Source: a virus. Taken from it: 64,000 bases of DNA. Under the pieces are notes generated by a model. The model did not search any database. It saw only the letters and a program-made list of their open reading frames with translations, and was not told the origin of the DNA. The position numbers and the translations under genes were made by a program. Positions within the stretch are counted from its first letter, which is position 1. Every line of letters starts with the position of its first letter. The stretch is from IMG/VR virus record IMGVR_UViG_2140918012_000003; one strand, written 5' to 3'. Below are positions 62,738 to 64,000 of this stretch, piece after piece.

Positions 62738-63049
62738 ATGCGCGTCTATCTCGATGACACCCGCACCGCCCCCGAAGGGTGGGTGCAGGCTCGTTGGCCA
62801 GAAGAAGTGATCGAATTGCTCAAAACTGGGCAAGTTGAAGCACTTTCGCTCGACCATGATCTTGGTGCCGAAGGCCCAGAAGCTGATTTTCGAACGGGCT
62901 ATGCTGTCCTTTCGTGGCCGGGCACCTGCGTTGGCCGAATGCGCCGTGATTACGGCAGGTGGCTTGAAACCATGCACAGCCACCTGTTCTTCCAGCCTCG
63001 CATGGAGCAGGCCATCCGTGCCATTCAGGCCATCGCAAAAACCTCTTGA
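62738..63049 (+). CDS. cyclic-phosphate processing receiver-like domain protein
   Basis: VYLDDTR.APEGW...SLDHDLG...GY...HS...M..AI. Confidence 0.78.
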   Translation: MRVYLDDTRTAPEGWVQARWPEEVIELLKTGQVEALSLDHDLGAEGPEADFRTGYAVLSWPGTCVGRMRRDYGRWLETMHSHLFFQPRMEQAIRAIQAIAKTS

Positions 63050-63140
63050 CAGCCACTTAGAAAGCAGGGTAGCATGCTACCATGAATACATTGCGCTAGT
63101 TCGCACGAAAACCTTTAATATTATGCTCAGAGGGGTCCTC

Positions 63141-63261
63141 AGCTAGAAGGTCACCCCTTGGCATTGGGAACAGGGGTTACCCTCAGTACCAACCCAGAAC
63201 CAAAGACCTTTTAGCTAAGGTGAACTAGACGGTGTCGCCTCCCCGCCGATGATAGGGAGGC
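63141..63261 (+). ncRNA. putative structured leader RNA
   Basis: 12-bp stem AGCTAGAAGGTC/GACCTTTTAGCT enclosing ACCCCT/AGGGGT, then GCCTCCC/GGGAGGC sequestering an RBS; follows promoter TTGACA-18-TAGCAT (63046-63075). Confidence 0.4.
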
Positions 63262-63269
63262 ATTATTTC

Positions 63270-63461
63270 ATGCAGCTAAAATCAACCATACTCGACGCGC
63301 TCACAAGCCTGTCCGACGAAGAGACAGTGACGTTGCGGCGTGGCTTTCAAACGAGTACCATCGACAGGCCGTGCTCGTGGTGCCTTGGCACCGGGATGGC
63401 TGACACTGGCATTAAATGCTCATCATGTAAGGGTAGAGGCAGCGTGCTGGTGCCGATGTGA
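63270..63461 (+). CDS. small DnaJ-type zinc-finger protein
   Basis: CSWCLGTG...CSSCKGRG. Confidence 0.65.
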   Translation: MQLKSTILDALTSLSDEETVTLRRGFQTSTIDRPCSWCLGTGMADTGIKCSSCKGRGSVLVPM

Positions 63462-63724
63462 TCACGCAGGTAGTGGCACCTCGTGAAACTCCTGAACTAA
63501 CCTTTTTTCTACGCGAAGAAAATCATAAATTTCGGTATTTGCTTCTTGCCTCTACTGCTTCTAACACAAGAAGCCTGGAGCAATTCCAATCTGGTGGAAT
63601 TCACAAGATCACACGTATCCTCATACGTCACGCTAGAGGAACCGGAGCCCGCAAACTGAAAATCAGTTTAGACGGTCAGTTCGTAGAGATTGATACAGCT
63701 ACTACTATTAAATGGGAGAGCTAA
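63458..63724 (+). CDS. hypothetical protein
   Basis: 88-aa ORF, GTGA overlap. Confidence 0.55.
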   Translation: MITQVVAPRETPELTFFLREENHKFRYLLLASTASNTRSLEQFQSGGIHKITRILIRHARGTGARKLKISLDGQFVEIDTATTIKWES

Positions 63725-63726
63725 AA

Positions 63727-64000
63727 ATGTCTGACACAGCTATCGCCACTACACAAGCACAGGATATTTCCAAGATCGAACCCGCCACCGAACCAGATGA
63801 AATTGTCGTCATGGCCAACAAACCAGATGGCGTTCAAAAATCACTCGTAGCGCTCTCGGCACAAATGGACCAGCGCATCACGCACTGGAAGAGAGAGGTG
63901 AGATCACTCAAGGCCAATTTGGAGCTTGCCAAGAAGAACAAACTGCGCCAGGAACCCATCAAAAATGCCCTGGTCAAGGCCCAGCGCCGCGTAGAATTTT
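63727..64000 (+). CDS. hypothetical protein (truncated by window end)
   Basis: GGAG upstream; open to end of window. Confidence 0.6.
   Translation, partial: MSDTAIATTQAQDISKIEPATEPDEIVVMANKPDGVQKSLVALSAQMDQRITHWKREVRSLKANLELAKKNKLRQEPIKNALVKAQRRVEF

Noticed and set aside
1-64000. tRNA or rRNA genes
   Set aside because: No cloverleaf with T-loop/D-loop consensus or rRNA-like segment recognised by eye; tRNAscan-SE would be needed for certainty.

Overview
The window looks like the accessory region of a large (jumbo-type) bacteriophage genome. It holds about 130 tightly packed, mostly short ORFs with ATGA/GTGA overlaps, T4-like rIIA and rIIB, translation factor IF-1, a bL12-like domain, dCMP deaminase, an orphan DNA methyltransferase, an HNH-RNA ligase fusion, an actin-like ATPase, a thaumatin-like lipoprotein and a cluster of Cys-rich beta-sandwich proteins. 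No terminase, capsid, polymerase, tRNA or cas1/cas2 gene was recognised. The standout is a compact locus at about 40.6-46.6 kb with five parts: (i) an intact tyrosine recombinase preceded by an att-like inverted repeat; (ii) an array of about 40 copies of a 14-bp repeat (TTGCACTGTTCGCC) separated by unique, variable-length spacers; (iii) an 86-nt hairpin directly upstream of the array carrying a split anti-repeat (tracr/scaffold-like); (iv) a 202-aa putative HTH protein; (v) a Cas12f/TnpB-family protein with all three RuvC catalytic positions substituted. This suggests an undescribed, Cas1-independent, probably non-cutting RNA-guided system linked to a tyrosine recombinase. Other notable patterns are a 17-member paralog family sharing a C-terminal D-x-A-x-IAA(F/Q)LL motif, a Cys-rich N-terminal tag shared by about 10 proteins, and many sigma70-like promoters placed for leaderless transcripts. 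All family assignments come from motif recognition by eye; no database search was run.
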